A DNA stretch of 60,062 bases, counting the filler, from Sphacelaria rigidula (Eukaryota), in assembly GCA_964200075.2 (NCBI GenBank). It is 6 parts of 6 records of this genome, joined end to end, with 100 filler letters (N's around TTAATTAATTAA, not from the genome) between each part and the next. Parts side by side here need not be neighbours in the genome. Positions count along the whole stretch, not along the records: positions 30,085 to 40,011 come from CAXNAA020007478.1; positions 40,112 to 50,037 come from CAXNAA020007479.1; 4 more parts are not named here. One strand, given 5' to 3'. Shown here piece by piece: positions 35,948 to 49,000 of this stretch. The position numbers and the translations under genes are program-made. Under the pieces are notes generated by a model. The model was not told where the DNA came from. It did no database searches and was given only the letters and a program-made list of their open reading frames with translations. The stretch's first letter is position 1, and each line of letters opens with the position of its first letter.

Positions 35948-36025
35948 CACCTCATCGGCATGCACGTGGTCAATGGTCAAATGACTAAGGCAAGCAACAA
36001 ATGAGTACGCACCTCATCGGCATGC
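35948..36025 (+). mobile_element. 46-bp LINE 3'-tail insertion (35964-36009) with a perfect 16-bp TSD
   Basis: cacctcatcggcatgc at 35948-35963 and 36010-36025 flanks acgtggtcaatggtcaaatgactaaggcaagcaacaaatgagtacg; 45 of its 46 nt are identical to the LINE terminus at 13192-13236. Confidence 0.92.
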
Positions 36026-36067
36026 GATCCGCATCCTACCGCGTTCTGCGCTGTAAAATATGCCGCC

Positions 36068-36552
36068 GTCGATTGCGTCCGGAACAATCTGAAAATGGTA
36101 TGGGGAGTAGATTATTATGCAGCTTGATACAGTTGTAGTGCAGAAAGAACGGTACAGTGGTGGCAGTAGGACAGTGGTGCGGTGCTTTGTGTACGTGGTA
36201 CAACATCTCAAATTCGACGTTTCTGTATATTGAACCGTAACTATACTGTTGCACATAATGGGAAACAGGGTGGCGGAGAATAGTTCAACCGTGGTATGAA
36301 AGTCTATGGGGAACGGTCTTGCAGCGTGCGACGTGAACTACTAATACAACTGCAGTCGATTGCGCCCGGAACAATCTGAAGATGATGTGGGGATTAGATT
36401 ACGGAGCTTGATACAATGTACTGTTGTTGCACATAATAGGGCATAGGGCGGCGGAGTAAAGTCCGAGCGTGGTATGCAGTAAAGTCTATGGGGAACGGTC
36501 TCCCAGCGTGCGACATGAACTACTAATACAGCTGCAGTCGGATACACCGGAA
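36068..36552 (+). repeat. Diverged ~185-bp tandem repeat (2+ units; the first carries extra sequence)
   Basis: gtcgattgcgYccggaacaatctgaa at ~36068 and ~36355; aagtctatggggaacggtct...cagcgtgcgac..gaactactaataca at ~36300 and ~36482. Confidence 0.75.
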
Positions 36553-37197
36553 TCCTTTAGTTTGAGACAGCTATGCGCACACGTGACCGCGCGCAGAACC
36601 GGCTCCCATGCCGACCGCACCTCGGTGCGGTTGAGCGAGTATCTGCTCAACGAAATCGCGACGACTGCGTGTTCCTTCTGGACTCTAGGGCGGTCTTGAA
36701 CGCCCGCCGAAATACTGCGGGACCAACCACCGCAATCACGCTTGTTCGAAGGGTCGCGAAAGCGAGCGTATGAACGTTCCGTTCACACCCACACTGAATG
36801 TAGCACGAAATACGCGGACTGGACACCTAGCATTGGCGTTCGCCCCAATAGTCAGTGGGGTGGGCGCGGAGGAACTTGCATACAAAAAATCAGCATAAAC
36901 CTCGTGGACGCCTCCCTAAAAAGGATTCTTAGCGCTCGTGAGGGCCAAATATTCTATATGAGTAATATGGTATCGAACGTGACGTTCTTCGTGAGTTTTG
37001 TAATGTGTTGAACCCGAACCCACCGTCTCCCCCGAAAGCTTTCCATGTCTGCGTGGAGTTGCCCCCTTGCAAAAGCCTCGAGTTCTCACCCAATGGCACA
37101 CAGACTGGTTTTTGCTCATCTTTTACGCTCGAAGAGTAATTTCCTTCACACCCGTCTGCTTTCCATTCGTCTGCTGTAATTTCTCCTCGCCACGCAG

Positions 37198-38821
37198 AGC
37201 TATTCTTCTTCCTGCTATCGTGGAGAAGGCGAAGAAGTGTCTAGATTTCACCTCAACTCTATATCTAGGTCATCTGGGCATTTGCTCTTTTTACGAGGGT
37301 ATCCCGAGGAATTGGGAGTGGTGGATCCTCCAGATGGTGGCATTGGCTCTGATGGTGGTTATTGGTGAGAATGTGTGTATGTTGCGTATGCACCAGGAAT
37401 AGTCAGGGCCACTGCAGTTGTTGGCTGCAGGAAGGCAATTGGCGGACTTTGCGTGAAGGTGAAGAGGTTTCGAGTGAATGGGCTTGCAACGATGAAGTTC
37501 CAAAGAGCTAGCTGCACAGCACGCAACATTTGCATGACGGAACGAACCCCTTTCTCGTCATGATAGCAAGCATTTGGAGAACCGATCTTTTTTCGTCCGC
37601 ACCGATACTAGAACCTAGTGGTCCTCGGTTCGTACAGAACCATTCGATTGTGTATTCCATAAAGGCTACAATGGACCATCGAGAATAGGGGGATGACCAT
37701 GCAAATGGAGCGGTGACGAACACACAAGTCCTACTTGAATTTAATGATTACCGGAGAGCGCTTACTCAACATTGATGTTCGAAACATGATCAGCTGGGCG
37801 TGGTCGGCCATTTCGTGGGGGTTAAATGACTACAAACATAGATCACATAACGGAGCCATTCCAAATGAGGTGTCTGCATAGCACTCATGGAGGACTCGAC
37901 AACCACGCCGCCGCTGTGGCCAAGGCTACCTTCGGTTGCACGGCCTCAACCACAGCTACTCGTCGGTCGGGTAGCGATGCCTTTCTCCGGCTGCTATGAC
38001 TTGTGCACGGTAACGTGCTGGTTGAAGCTATTAAAAAGTGTGGAGACATCCTGTAGGGCACAGCCTGCATTGTGCTGGTTGTGTGATACCCAACGTGTTC
38101 GTCACGCACAGTACCGTACAAAGCTTGGCTCCACTCGGTAACTGTCTGGCACTATACGAACCTGATCGTGGGTAGTTGATACTGTAGTGCCGTGTGTGTC
38201 ATGTTTGCACGGTGTGTATGTTTTGTTCGGGCCTTGCCTGTTATTTTCGTGCAAAATTGGAAAGTAACAGGATATCAAGACAGCGGTGTATAGCGCGATC
38301 GTCATTTTACTCGTTTTATTTCGTTGGAGTAGCTACCGGCTTCGACGTATCTGCGCCCAAGCTGTGAGGTAATGGCGAACGAATGTCTACAGCAAAGTTT
38401 TTGTTGATATGAGCCACCTGCGAATATCGGCTACTCCGAGAGTACATTTCATTTTAAATCAGACAGAGCTTCACAGAAGCGGTGCCTTTTTCGGACCAGC
38501 TTAATTCCACTTTCGCGTTTTTGCGTTGGAGTGTAGCGAAGGCGTTCTAAAAATCCTCTGTCTCTTTACCGGGAGTCTCTCCTCGTGTGCACATTTTATT
38601 TAGCTGATATTCCCGACGGAACTCTACCTGGGGGCAGCGACCATATTCACCAGCCTCACCTACTCAAGTTCTTGCGTAGATATGGTGAAGTCACCATTTG
38701 GCGAATCGTCAAACAACTGATTGTCGCGTTTGCCCTCTGATCAACCTCAGGTGAATATGCTTGCTCTCGACGAGAGCTCCGAGATATACCACTCTTCGCG
38801 CCACTGCCGACGCAAGTTTGA
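37198..38821 (+). CDS. SYS1: SYS1 Golgi integral membrane protein, last two exons; 5' exons not located
   Basis: Exons 37198-37364 and 38751-38821 (TGA) splice to AILLPAIVEKAKKCLDFTSTLYLGHLGICSFYEGIPRNWEWW...LMVVIG|EYACSRRELRDIPL, matching the SYS1 pattern VERAKKCLDF...H...P..WW...GEY.C..REL..IP. Confidence 0.88.
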
Positions 38822-40011
38822 ACAAGCATCGTCAGGGACTACATCCGCCGGGGCTACATGTGGCAATGGCACCCTTCAATGCACCGATGTTTTCGCTTTA
38901 GCATTGCTTTCCGGCTGATTGCACGAAAATAATCGGCGCCTGTGCTTCTCTTTTGACGAAGCGGTGTTGCAGTAGTGTTAATTAGAACGTTCTTGTCGAG
39001 GATGCAGATGTTGCTAATTCCGTGGTGAGGACTCATCGCCGTATGTATTATTCTGTTGTATGCACTGCATGTGTTGCTACGTGCCCTATTTTCGGCTTTC
39101 ATCTCTTGGCTAGTTTCGCGACGCCTGAAAGTACTATCCCCAGTAATCATATTTGTTCTCTAAAGGGGCTCAGAGGGTACATCCAACAATGTTTTCGTGA
39201 GATGGAGAGTAGGGCGGTGATCAACAGTGGGTCTCATCATTCGCTTCATTTTCACCTTTTTTTTCTCTCTCGTGTGTGCATTTCTTCGCCTTTAGCACTG
39301 ACGTGTGCGTACAGCTACACGTCGATATCCTACTCAGGGATATCTAGGGCTTCAGTGACAAGCTACTGCAGAAAGTATATCTGGCCTCGCCGAGGGGCAA
39401 TTCGGGACTGAAACGATTCATTCATTTATTGACCGCCTCTCACTCTCAATCGTATCCTTCACTCACAATCTTACAAAAACATTTTTATCCGCGGTTAAGA
39501 AGGCCACGCTCATCCACCCCCAATTTAAGAGAGACCAAACAACACAATGTGACGTACAATTCGATGGACACGTCGAATCTGAGGGGCCCTTCATGCCCCA
39601 TGTACTGGGACGTAACACCGTACACAGCAGATTCTCGATGTGATTAACTATACTCTAGACAGCTGATCAAAAAGGCAAGCCAAAAATAGAATCTACGCTA
39701 TGGATGTTGGGGGGATGGACCTTGAGTGAGCATTACTCAGATGAGAAACGGTGGGCACAATTTGGATAAGAATCGAGGCGATCAAACCAATGAAAATAGT
39801 GGTGAGTGTGCTGTAGATCTGACTGAAGCGTACCGACCATGGCATTGAACTCAGGGAAACCTTTGAGGGCATCTGCAATCCTCTGGTCATGAAAAGTTTT
39901 GAAATTATAAAAGCAGGATTTTCGTGAGATAAACAGTGTATCCTACGATACAGTTGTCAGCGTCAGAAGTATGCAGAATCCGTAATTTCTTAGTTTCTCA
40001 AAGATTGTCCA

Positions 40012-40111
40012 NNNNNNNNNNNNNNNNNNNNNNNNNNNNNNNNNNNNNNNNNNNNTTAATTAATTAANNNNNNNNNNNNNNNNNNNNNNNNNNNNNNNNN
40101 NNNNNNNNNNN
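40012..40111. other. Artificial contig linker
   Basis: N44-TTAATTAATTAA-N44. Confidence 0.98.
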
Positions 40112-40453
40112 TGGTCAGCAGAGAAGCGACGGGGATGATCATGTGTGTGGGTATAATGCAGCGCGCATACATGGCGTTTCGGTGAAGGTTTTAGCTCTTC
40201 GTGGCAAGCACCATTCCGCACATATCCTACCAGCTACGATAGGCACAACATACTTGTATCCTATAATAGTGAAGTACAACTTGTGTGCATGATCCGCGGT
40301 GTTTTTCCCAACTACGAGTACAGGTTCTCATGAAACCGTTGTATTTAGCGGCGGAATTAGTTCGGCCACTACCAGTGAAAAGATCAGGCGTCGCAACAAC
40401 AGACAACATCAGCACTGCCTGTACAGGATGCTCACTCCGAGGGCAGGTACATA

Positions 40454-43400
40454 ATGCAGGGCGAGTCGCGAAGTAGGGAGTTTGGAGGAGATGGCTCATC
40501 ACAGGCGTCATCCAGTAGCAGAAGGCGCGCGACGCGCGAGCTTTTCCTCGCCAGCACGGCCACACCGCGGAAGTAAGTGTAAGTACAGTAACTGTTTGTA
40601 TACTGCAATAACGTCAAATACGGCGACTATGCACGCTCTCTATATGAATAGCCGAAACATGAGACGTACAGTGTGTGTATGGACATTATGCACCATGCCT
40701 TCGTTCACTCCTCCATTGTTCTGGTTACAGATCAGCGCCCCTACCAGCGACTAGCTGCAAGATGGATGGTAACACGTTTGAAAATATTTACAGGCGCAGC
40801 GCTTCGCTCTATCCCCGTGGGGTAGGTAGACCACGCTTCTGGGCACCAAAATATCATTACATGATGAAGGCACGGACTCGCTCTACCCTACAGACGTACG
40901 TCGCGATAGGCTCCGGTAAAAATATGAGATACGACTCTTCTGCGTTCAATACTTTCTTCGTCTGGGTAGAATATGGTGTCACGGCTCTCGCACACCCAAG
41001 ATAGCGGCATACCGAATAATAGTAGCTGGCGTGCAAGGTAGTGTATTACACATATAATATGTTTGTGTATTGCCTGTACTGTTGGAACCCACCTGGGACA
41101 CTGGGATAAGATCAAGCTCCTCGTCGTCCGATGTGCACGAGTGTGCTTACCATATGTGCGCGTGTGTACGCATGTGTACGCGCGTACTCATGTATATGTA
41201 TACGTGTATGTGTGTATGCTTCGGAAGTCCCGACAAGGTCTTCCTCATTGTGCAGGAAAACGATGACGGAGGGGATGTGTCAGCTGCAATAAATAGATTG
41301 TTTATGGTTCGAGTACGGTACTAAAGAGGACGCCGGAGATCGAGTAGTAGATGTGCATGACCCTCAAAATAAAAGTAGGGAGAGTAGCGAAAAGAAATGA
41401 CAAGCCTGCGAGGATCCGGACGCAGTTGATGTCGGCAGGTGCTTGTGCGATGCATACCTTCGTTCTTGGTTCTCTCGCACAGGCGGAAGGAGACGGACGA
41501 TGATTTTTTGGCACGCATCACACACCTTCGCCTGCACAATAAAGGATTGTCTACCCTTGGGACCAACGACGTTTTCGAGGCCTGTCCTTCTTTAAAGGTG
41601 TGTCCTACTCTACCCTGATATCGTTCACGGACTATGAAACGAGCCTTGGGAACATAGTATGTACACTGCCAGTGAGGGGTAACCCCGACTATACGTCCAG
41701 TGGGATGTGACGGATCTACGGGCTACGAGTTAGTGCATCTACACTCGGTGGGCAATACCCAATACCCAGGAAACGTCGGTATTGATTTATTTGACGGGTC
41801 GATTTCGCACAAGAAGTGATTGCAGGACAAACGTACCCAAGGCATACAAAACGGGAGCAATCGCTAAGGGAAGTAGGAAAAAGGAAGTATGAAGAAGAGA
41901 GGTGGGAGCAACAGAGTACTGTAGTAAAGTGAGCAAAAACGGTAGACAGAAGAAGAAAAAGGGGAGAGAAAATAGGAAGGAGAGGAGAGAAAGATAAAGA
42001 GAACATAAAAAACTGTCCCCGACGACAATGGAAGTGATTGAATTAGCAAACAGGAAATGCCCGACTCATGTACCGTGACTTTAGGTAACAAGGTAACGCA
42101 ACAAGGTCATGCAAAGAAGAACACAGACAAAGCCAAACGAACAAAGTAAAAAGGGACAAAATCAAACGAAAAATATCGTGGAAACCGGTCGGGGCTCAGC
42201 GATATATTTAACAACTACACGTGATCACTCGACAATCGCAGGATTTACCACAGACGATGCTCCCGACAAGCCTTTGTGAATCGCGCAGAAAATGTTCCCC
42301 GTCTGCACCATGTTGCGAATCGATCGACTCATGAGGTAGCCCCCCGATATCACCATGCGTCTCCAGGTGCTGTACTTGTACGACAACTGCCTTGAGTCCC
42401 TGCAAGGGGTAGGATGGCTCCGGCGGTTGGAGCAGCTCTATGTTGAAAACAACGTACTGACCTCCATTGACCAATCATTGAACTCGTGCAGAAGGCTCAC
42501 CAAACTGTGAGTACACCACTAACGGAGCATACGACTGGACACGATGTGGCCGCCTAGCTGATACTCCTATAGTAGCATTTACGAGTTGTAAGGTAGTTGC
42601 TCTAGCGAACGGCGATTATTGCTGGTCGCAGCGGAGATATGGAATAGGAGGTACCGAAAACACCCCGAACATCATGCACACGACTTGGAATCTACCTTCT
42701 CTCACGCAGTGTTCCTGCGAAAAGAGTGAAGCTTCCGAGGATTTCTACAGGTGGAAAATTGATTCGGGCATGAGTGATGACGTTTTTTTTCGCGAAATGG
42801 GGGTAAACGGCAGATATTAGTTGAAAACCGTACGCGATATTGAGTGTATACATGATACGATTCCCCTGATTTTTCTCAGCCACCAGAAATAATCTTCGGG
42901 ATCGTGAGCTCGGTTAGGGAGCGTGTGGATAGAGTATGACGACGGAGTTGGTTGGTGATTCTGCCACTTCAAAATCTTTCGCTATACTGTATATGTCGAG
43001 CCCTCCCCCCCCCTCATTATTAGCCTAGTCCGGCGAGAACCCCGCGTGCTCCGTCCCAGCTTTGCAGGGGCGGACCCCCGATGGGGTTGGCGTCGGTTGG
43101 CGATGCCGCTGCCATTCGCTGCGTACGCTAGAAACCAGGTTACTGATTGTTTTTGCGCACTCGAGTTTTTTTACGGGAACCATGATGGTGGTAGAGCTAG
43201 ATCATGTTGTACGGCGTGGGAGAACCTCAACTCCGCACAATGGGGATGATCGCACTACGTAGTGTTTAAATGGTGAAAACCCATGAGGCAGTGTATAAGC
43301 CATGGCTGTCTCTGGAAGTGGCGATACATTAAATACAGCAATTCATTGTGAGCTGCCACCCAAACGCAAGATACTCAGTAGGCTTCGGGCCGAACAGTCT

Positions 43401-45912
43401 TAGCAGGATGCACGTCATCCTCCGTGCGACTCGCCGAACACACCACGGCCCTTCGCGCTTGGTGGTTGATTGCGAGCCTGGTCCGGTGAGAACCCGACGT
43501 GCTCCGTCCCAGCTTTGTAGGGATGCGAGGGCAATAGCCTTGTGACCATGACATTCATGATCATGGGTACCCGTCTCCCCACCTCCCGTGGAAATGGTGT
43601 TATGAATATGGCATGCATGATCATGAGTACACCCTGTGCAGATTGACTGACATCTACTGGCAAACATATGTGCAGATATGGCTGTATCGAGGGAGCTGAG
43701 AGCATGTAGCGTCACAGCGTTCTGTGAATCTTTATTTTATCAACACCTCATTGTGCCAATGAACACCTTGAATATGTGCGTTACATGATGCTTCTTCACT
43801 TTGCATGTGGCGGCTGCTATGCTACAGGCAGTCGCCCATCAACTGTATCGACTGCTCACAACCATGTTGTTCAGCGGATCAGACCGATATTCCCACGCTC
43901 TTCGTTCGACGCGTATCCATACGTCTCCGCGACGTATGATCGTCAGGTACATGAGTGGAAACAGCATCAGCACAGTGTCTGGGTTGGATTGCGCAAGGTG
44001 TCTGGAGGAGCTACACGTAGCCAAGCAATGTCTTCCACTGGGGCAAACACTGACATTTCATCCGGCGTCGATCGATGGCATCAAGGTATTATGCGGAAAT
44101 TTTATACTACTGTGGTTGATCAGCTCTTGATCGCGGGAAACACAGCGCAGGGCAGTCTCCAGGGGCCGTGCCCAGGTTGTACAGTTGTATGTATAGAAGA
44201 TAAAATACGTCCCTATCATATGCACCAGTGGGGTCACTCACGTACTGAGCCAAATTTTGTCATAGTATATGCACTGTCACATCGGTAACGTTCTGCTGAC
44301 ACTTGAATGTGTGGCTTTCAGACAAACTATGAAATGCCGGTGTTTGCGCAAGGAATACATGGAAAATCAAGGTTTTGTTTACTCGGTCAATGATTCGTCG
44401 ATCGTAGATTTTGCTACCAAGCTGGGGTTCACCATGATTATTTAGTAGCACTGATGTATGCCGCACGTCTGAGAGGTACACCATGTTTGTATCACCACGC
44501 TTGCACAAACAAATATACGTGCACATGTTCAGCCGACGGCGAGTCCAACAATACCATGACTCTGTCCTCATCACTGGACCTGTAGGTTTGAAAGTCTGCC
44601 CAAAGCTGGATGCTTTGTGTGCATAGTGATTCAATCGCATGGTTGTCGTCAACGCGTATAACACTCTCGAGAAAGCTCATGCGGCGACTGACAGTGCTGC
44701 GCTCCACTGTCCACGCATGGTCGTTCGTTGGTGTCAATGCTTGATTGTTTTTACTGGCGGCAGGATTCATTGCTCATACTGGATGCCTCGGGAAATGGCA
44801 TCGGGGGTGAAGATGTGGAGCCGTTGTTGAGTTTGTATCGCTTGGAGGTGCTGAACTTTGCGGACAACGCTGTTGAAGATATGGCCCAGGTACTTGCACT
44901 AGAGCAACTGGAGCGGTCGAACAGCTGTTATCGATCTACAAATATGGACGTGTCAGTAGACGACCAGATTTATGCACTTTCTCGAATATGTGCGACGTCA
45001 GCAGACATGACAAAAACTGCACAGTCTGCTACCGCGAATGACGCTGCTCGTACACTTCGCTGTATGTGTACGGTAGGAGAAGGTTGCTTTAGTCATGAAA
45101 TCGGCTAGACATCCAAATGACCGTACCTCCTGACGTCGTATTGTGCGCCACGTTTTGTGGATGCATGGAACTTGCTTCACACCAATGGTCATATACACCC
45201 TTCTCCCGCGTGAGTCACATCGTCAGGGGTCATTAAGGATCGGAAGGACCTCAACAGGATTTATCGACCTTTCACAAGTCGGACACTGCTGTACCAGCTC
45301 CAAGCCGACCAAGCTTCTGGTGTGACCCTTTGTCCCACAACATCCTGCCCCTGTAGGTTGTGGACCTGGTGAAGAGTTTGGAGTGTCTTGAAACATGCGA
45401 CCTGAGAGGCAATGACGTCAGCCGGATGCCCAAATACTTTGAGAAAGCTGTGACAAGGTTTGCTACCCGACAAAAGTAGGCGCAGCGCGTATTTCGTTGG
45501 TGTTCGACAATTTCGGCCGGAGTCGAGCAAACCGTATGGTAGCAGTAGTAAAGGTCCATATCATGTTTGTGTCCCCCCAAATAGTAGGGTTGACTGCTGG
45601 CGTACATCTCAAAGTGTTACAAACATGGAGCGAACGAGTAGCGACATTCAAGGGATTCGATGCCGCGCCTCTGTGTGGACAGTGTATACCTCTGTTAACA
45701 TATATAGCCTCACAACACACGCCTGACTTACGGTTCATCATGCTTTTAGATCTGGAGATCGCCTCAATACCCTGGATGGAAAGCCTGTGCATGCTCAGCA
45801 CCGCAAGATGCTTCAAAGTCTGGACCAGCATAGCAGGCGAAAGAAAGCGCAAGCCAGGAAGCGGGAGATCGTCTCCTTCGCTGGCCAAGCCCCGATAGCC
45901 GAGATCGGGTGA
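40454..45912 (+). CDS. PPP1R42: SDS22-type leucine-rich repeat protein, PPP1R42/LRRC67-like, 7 exons
   Basis: Exons 40454-40572, 41483-41597, 42367-42506, 43947-44085, 44764-44889, 45357-45457 and 45750-45912, phase-consistent. Motifs RKETDDDFLARITHL, VLYLYDNC, LYMSGNSI, LEELHVAKQCLPLGQTLTFHP, DLRGN..PKY and LDGKPV (LRRcap) occur in the same order as in PPP1R42. The last exon ends at TGA or alternatively at a gtgagg donor. Confidence 0.88.
43024..43634 (+). mobile_element. ~560-bp non-autonomous retroposon copy plus duplicated 3' tail, in LRR-gene intron 3
   Basis: Aligns with 18250-18814 from the same 5' point. First tail gatcatgggtaccc ends ~43572; second tail ggcatgcatgatcatgagtacaccc ends at 43634. 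Confidence 0.85.
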
Positions 45913-46559
45913 GGCCATGCGCAAACTCTGCTCGCAAGGACTAGGGTCAGTTCTAGCACCCATATTTTGTTTGGAACTTGAGTCCATTTTTAGCCGTCAT
46001 TCTTATCGGTACTGTTTGTGCACTTACATGTCGACGCGAATAAATGCAAATCAAGGGCCGTAACTCCCACGTTCTTACAGCCCTTCTCCACCACGGGGTT
46101 AGTTTTGGAGCAAAATACGAGACGGTGCAAAATGGTAGCCTGAGGTCAAGAGAAGCCTCTGGAATTCACCGCCTTCACGATTTCACGGTTTTGGTGGGTA
46201 TGGCAGAACCGCTGGAGCTCACAGTACAGTCGGAGAAGGGGCTCTTCCGTGGCGCATGGAGAGCGCATGCGAAGTATTCCCGACTTTGTGGGATCCCCTA
46301 CTTTGTAGTTCGGATGTGTCTCCTGGAACACGCTGCTGTTTAGTGGAATTAAGTCGTCTGTGAAAGTTTCTACTGATTTCTAGTTTGCACGAAATAAGTG
46401 AGCGCTAGAAAATGAACCTATCGTTGTCACTTCCGTGGTCATCAATGCCAAAGTTTCGCGGGCCCATTTCTGACTAAAACCGAAGGGGGGGGGGGGGGGA
46501 AAGTATCCTGTCTGAAAATTTGGCGCAGATACCGAAGCCGAACTGCCTTCTGCGATATT

Positions 46560-48995
46560 GATCCTCCTTTCACTGGAGAAGAACCACTTTAGTTTGATTT
46601 GATTGCTTGTCGTACATTAATTGATTCCCTTGGGACCCAGCCGCGGTCACATGATAGACATACTCGAGATGACATAAAACGGAAACATTCCCTGAAGGAA
46701 AGTGAAGAAGACAGAAACGTGGCGCAGACAAAGGGTAGACAGAAGAAATCAATCAATCAACGACAAAGGCAAAGACGAAAAAAAGTAGAAATGGGCGGCA
46801 TCTGTAACGTGGCTTGAGGCAGAAAAAAACTTGCGTAAAAGCACACGTACTCATACCCAATCGAGAACAAACAAAAAAAAGCGGGGAACAGATTGCGGCT
46901 TTTCTAGTTCGGCCGCAGTGTTTGGGTGTCAGCTCTCACCTATGGACCCTACCGAACATAGGCATCAAGCTACGACTTATACACACCGGGAAGAAAAAAG
47001 CCCAAGGATACCGTATAAAAGAGTAGGTGTAAACACACAAAAACACAACCACACAAACCAGTGAACTCCGCAAGACCACCAACCGAGGACAAAATCAACA
47101 GTCAATAGGGAAATACAGAGACGCATCAGTTTCCGTGTTACCCCAGCTTCCCCCGTGTATTCCTAGTCGGGTACAAAGCGGGCGATTCTCTCGGTCACTT
47201 CCATCCTGGATTCCTCGCGAGCTGTTGCTGATGTTGTGTTAGCTGTGAAAGCTCTCCGATTGGTGGCTCTCGACATAGCAGACTCTCGCTTGTGACAGAG
47301 GTCCGATTCGCGTTTGTCTTCGCGTCGCCACGTGTTCTCAAACCCTGCCGTTCCTTCCTCAACTCCAAGGTGCCATTTGTACATGTTCTTCGCCGCAGTG
47401 GCCCGATGGTAGGCGTCGTTACACACCATAGACGAACCGTTTTCGTTGTGCCCCCTTTATGTGGAAGAGCCCCTCGTTCATGTAGGTTCTCCTGGAGGTT
47501 CCCCCCCCCCCAGTGTTTGGGGGGGCGGCCAGCCTCCTCGGGCCCTTGTGTGGTTGACCGTCCGTGCATGGCGCATTTTGGGAGACGTGTTTCTTCTTGC
47601 CTGGAAAAGCCTCCCGCGAGCCAGAGTTGGCACTTGCGGATGGTCGTCTCAATACGTCCACAGTTGGTCATCTCGAGCACAGCTCTGTACGAAATAATCT
47701 TGTAGTCCGTTTGGTCTTTCCTGCAAAATCCAATCTTTCGCAGCAAAAGCTTGTGATGGGCAATGCGCAGACTGTCGAAGTCATCGGAACGCAGGGTTCA
47801 CCTAGCGCATCCGTATAACAGAGCTTCCACCACCTCCGCTCTGAGCAGCCGGGTTTTCAACGATAACTGGAGGTTGAGTCGATCGTAGAGTCGGAAACTA
47901 TGATTCCGGAGGCGTGCCCACGCAGCGCTGATGTGGTGGCTAATTTCGTTGGAATTTTTTACATCTGCACTGACAACACCACCAGGGTAGACAAAATTGG
48001 CCGTCTAGTTATACCGTTGACCGGCCGCGCTATGTGTAGGGCGGTCTGTGCGGAGCCGGTTACTGACCACAGGCGCATAGGCCCTGTCTCACTCTGCGAT
48101 ATCGTCAAACCGAACTCCTAGCAGGCCCACACTACCACGGCCATCACTCTAGCAAGCCCGTCTGGGGATCTCGAAACTATGCCGGCGTCATCGGCATATA
48201 ACATCGCCCAAGAACGCGCGCGGTACCTTCTCCAGCGGCGACTCTTCCAGAAGTTCACCACCATCACCTTTTGGCGCATCATGTAGAAAAACCAAGTGCA
48301 GACGATGGCCAGATCTGCCGCGAATCGCTGTACGATCACGTCGACCAGGGCTACCCTGAAGATGTCGGATAACAGGAGGGGCGAAACGTACCCTTGTCTG
48401 AGTGCCTGGCAGGCTTGGAGCCACGAAGACAGTTTGCCATCATGCCGCTGTACCCGAGCTTACATGCCGTCGTGAAAGATAAGGAGGATTTCACCAACGG
48501 TGCCCCCGTAAATACTACACTCGGCCCAATCCCTCGTCTTGTGTAGCACTCTGATAGTGGCATATTTTCACTCCTGCGGCATCTCGCCAAATGCCCAAAC
48601 TGTAGCGATGATGCTTCGGGAATAGTCCAGAGTGTCCAAAGACTCTCCGCTCAGTCCAAACTTCAGATGATCCGGACCCGTCGCTTTGCCGTTCGCCATA
48701 GGTCTCAAAGCCTCCTCAGGTTCCCTTGGGCATGGCGGACTCCATTAGGGCTGTTGCGCAATGCTTTCGATGGCGGCTCGGTCGATACTTGCCGATATGG
48801 CATCCAGTAAGGTGAATAAGTACTGTTCCCATCTCTCACGGATTAAGGTTCATCTCGCAATATGTTTCCGTCCTCGTCTTTGATGTACCACTTGCTCGCT
48901 GCTTTTCGTCCCACCAGCTTTCGCCCTCCTTTTAGATGTCTATACCATCCTCTCATGTCCCCAATTCGAACGTACTCCTCCAACTCTTTAGCATA
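46560..48995 (-). mobile_element. Decayed 5'-truncated RTE-like LINE
   Basis: Minus-strand fragments YIKDEDGNILR...RERWEQY, MANGKATGPD, RT core MLYADDAGIV and RTE-type C-terminus IETTIRKCQLWLAG...RLPK...GRPPKHW. No CCHC seen. The 3' UTR boundary is approximate. Confidence 0.85.
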
Positions 48996-49000
48996 CACTG

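Noticed and set aside
39660-39890. Possible LINE endonuclease remnant (TIWIRIEAIK)
   Set aside because: A single weak motif with no supporting APE motifs nearby.
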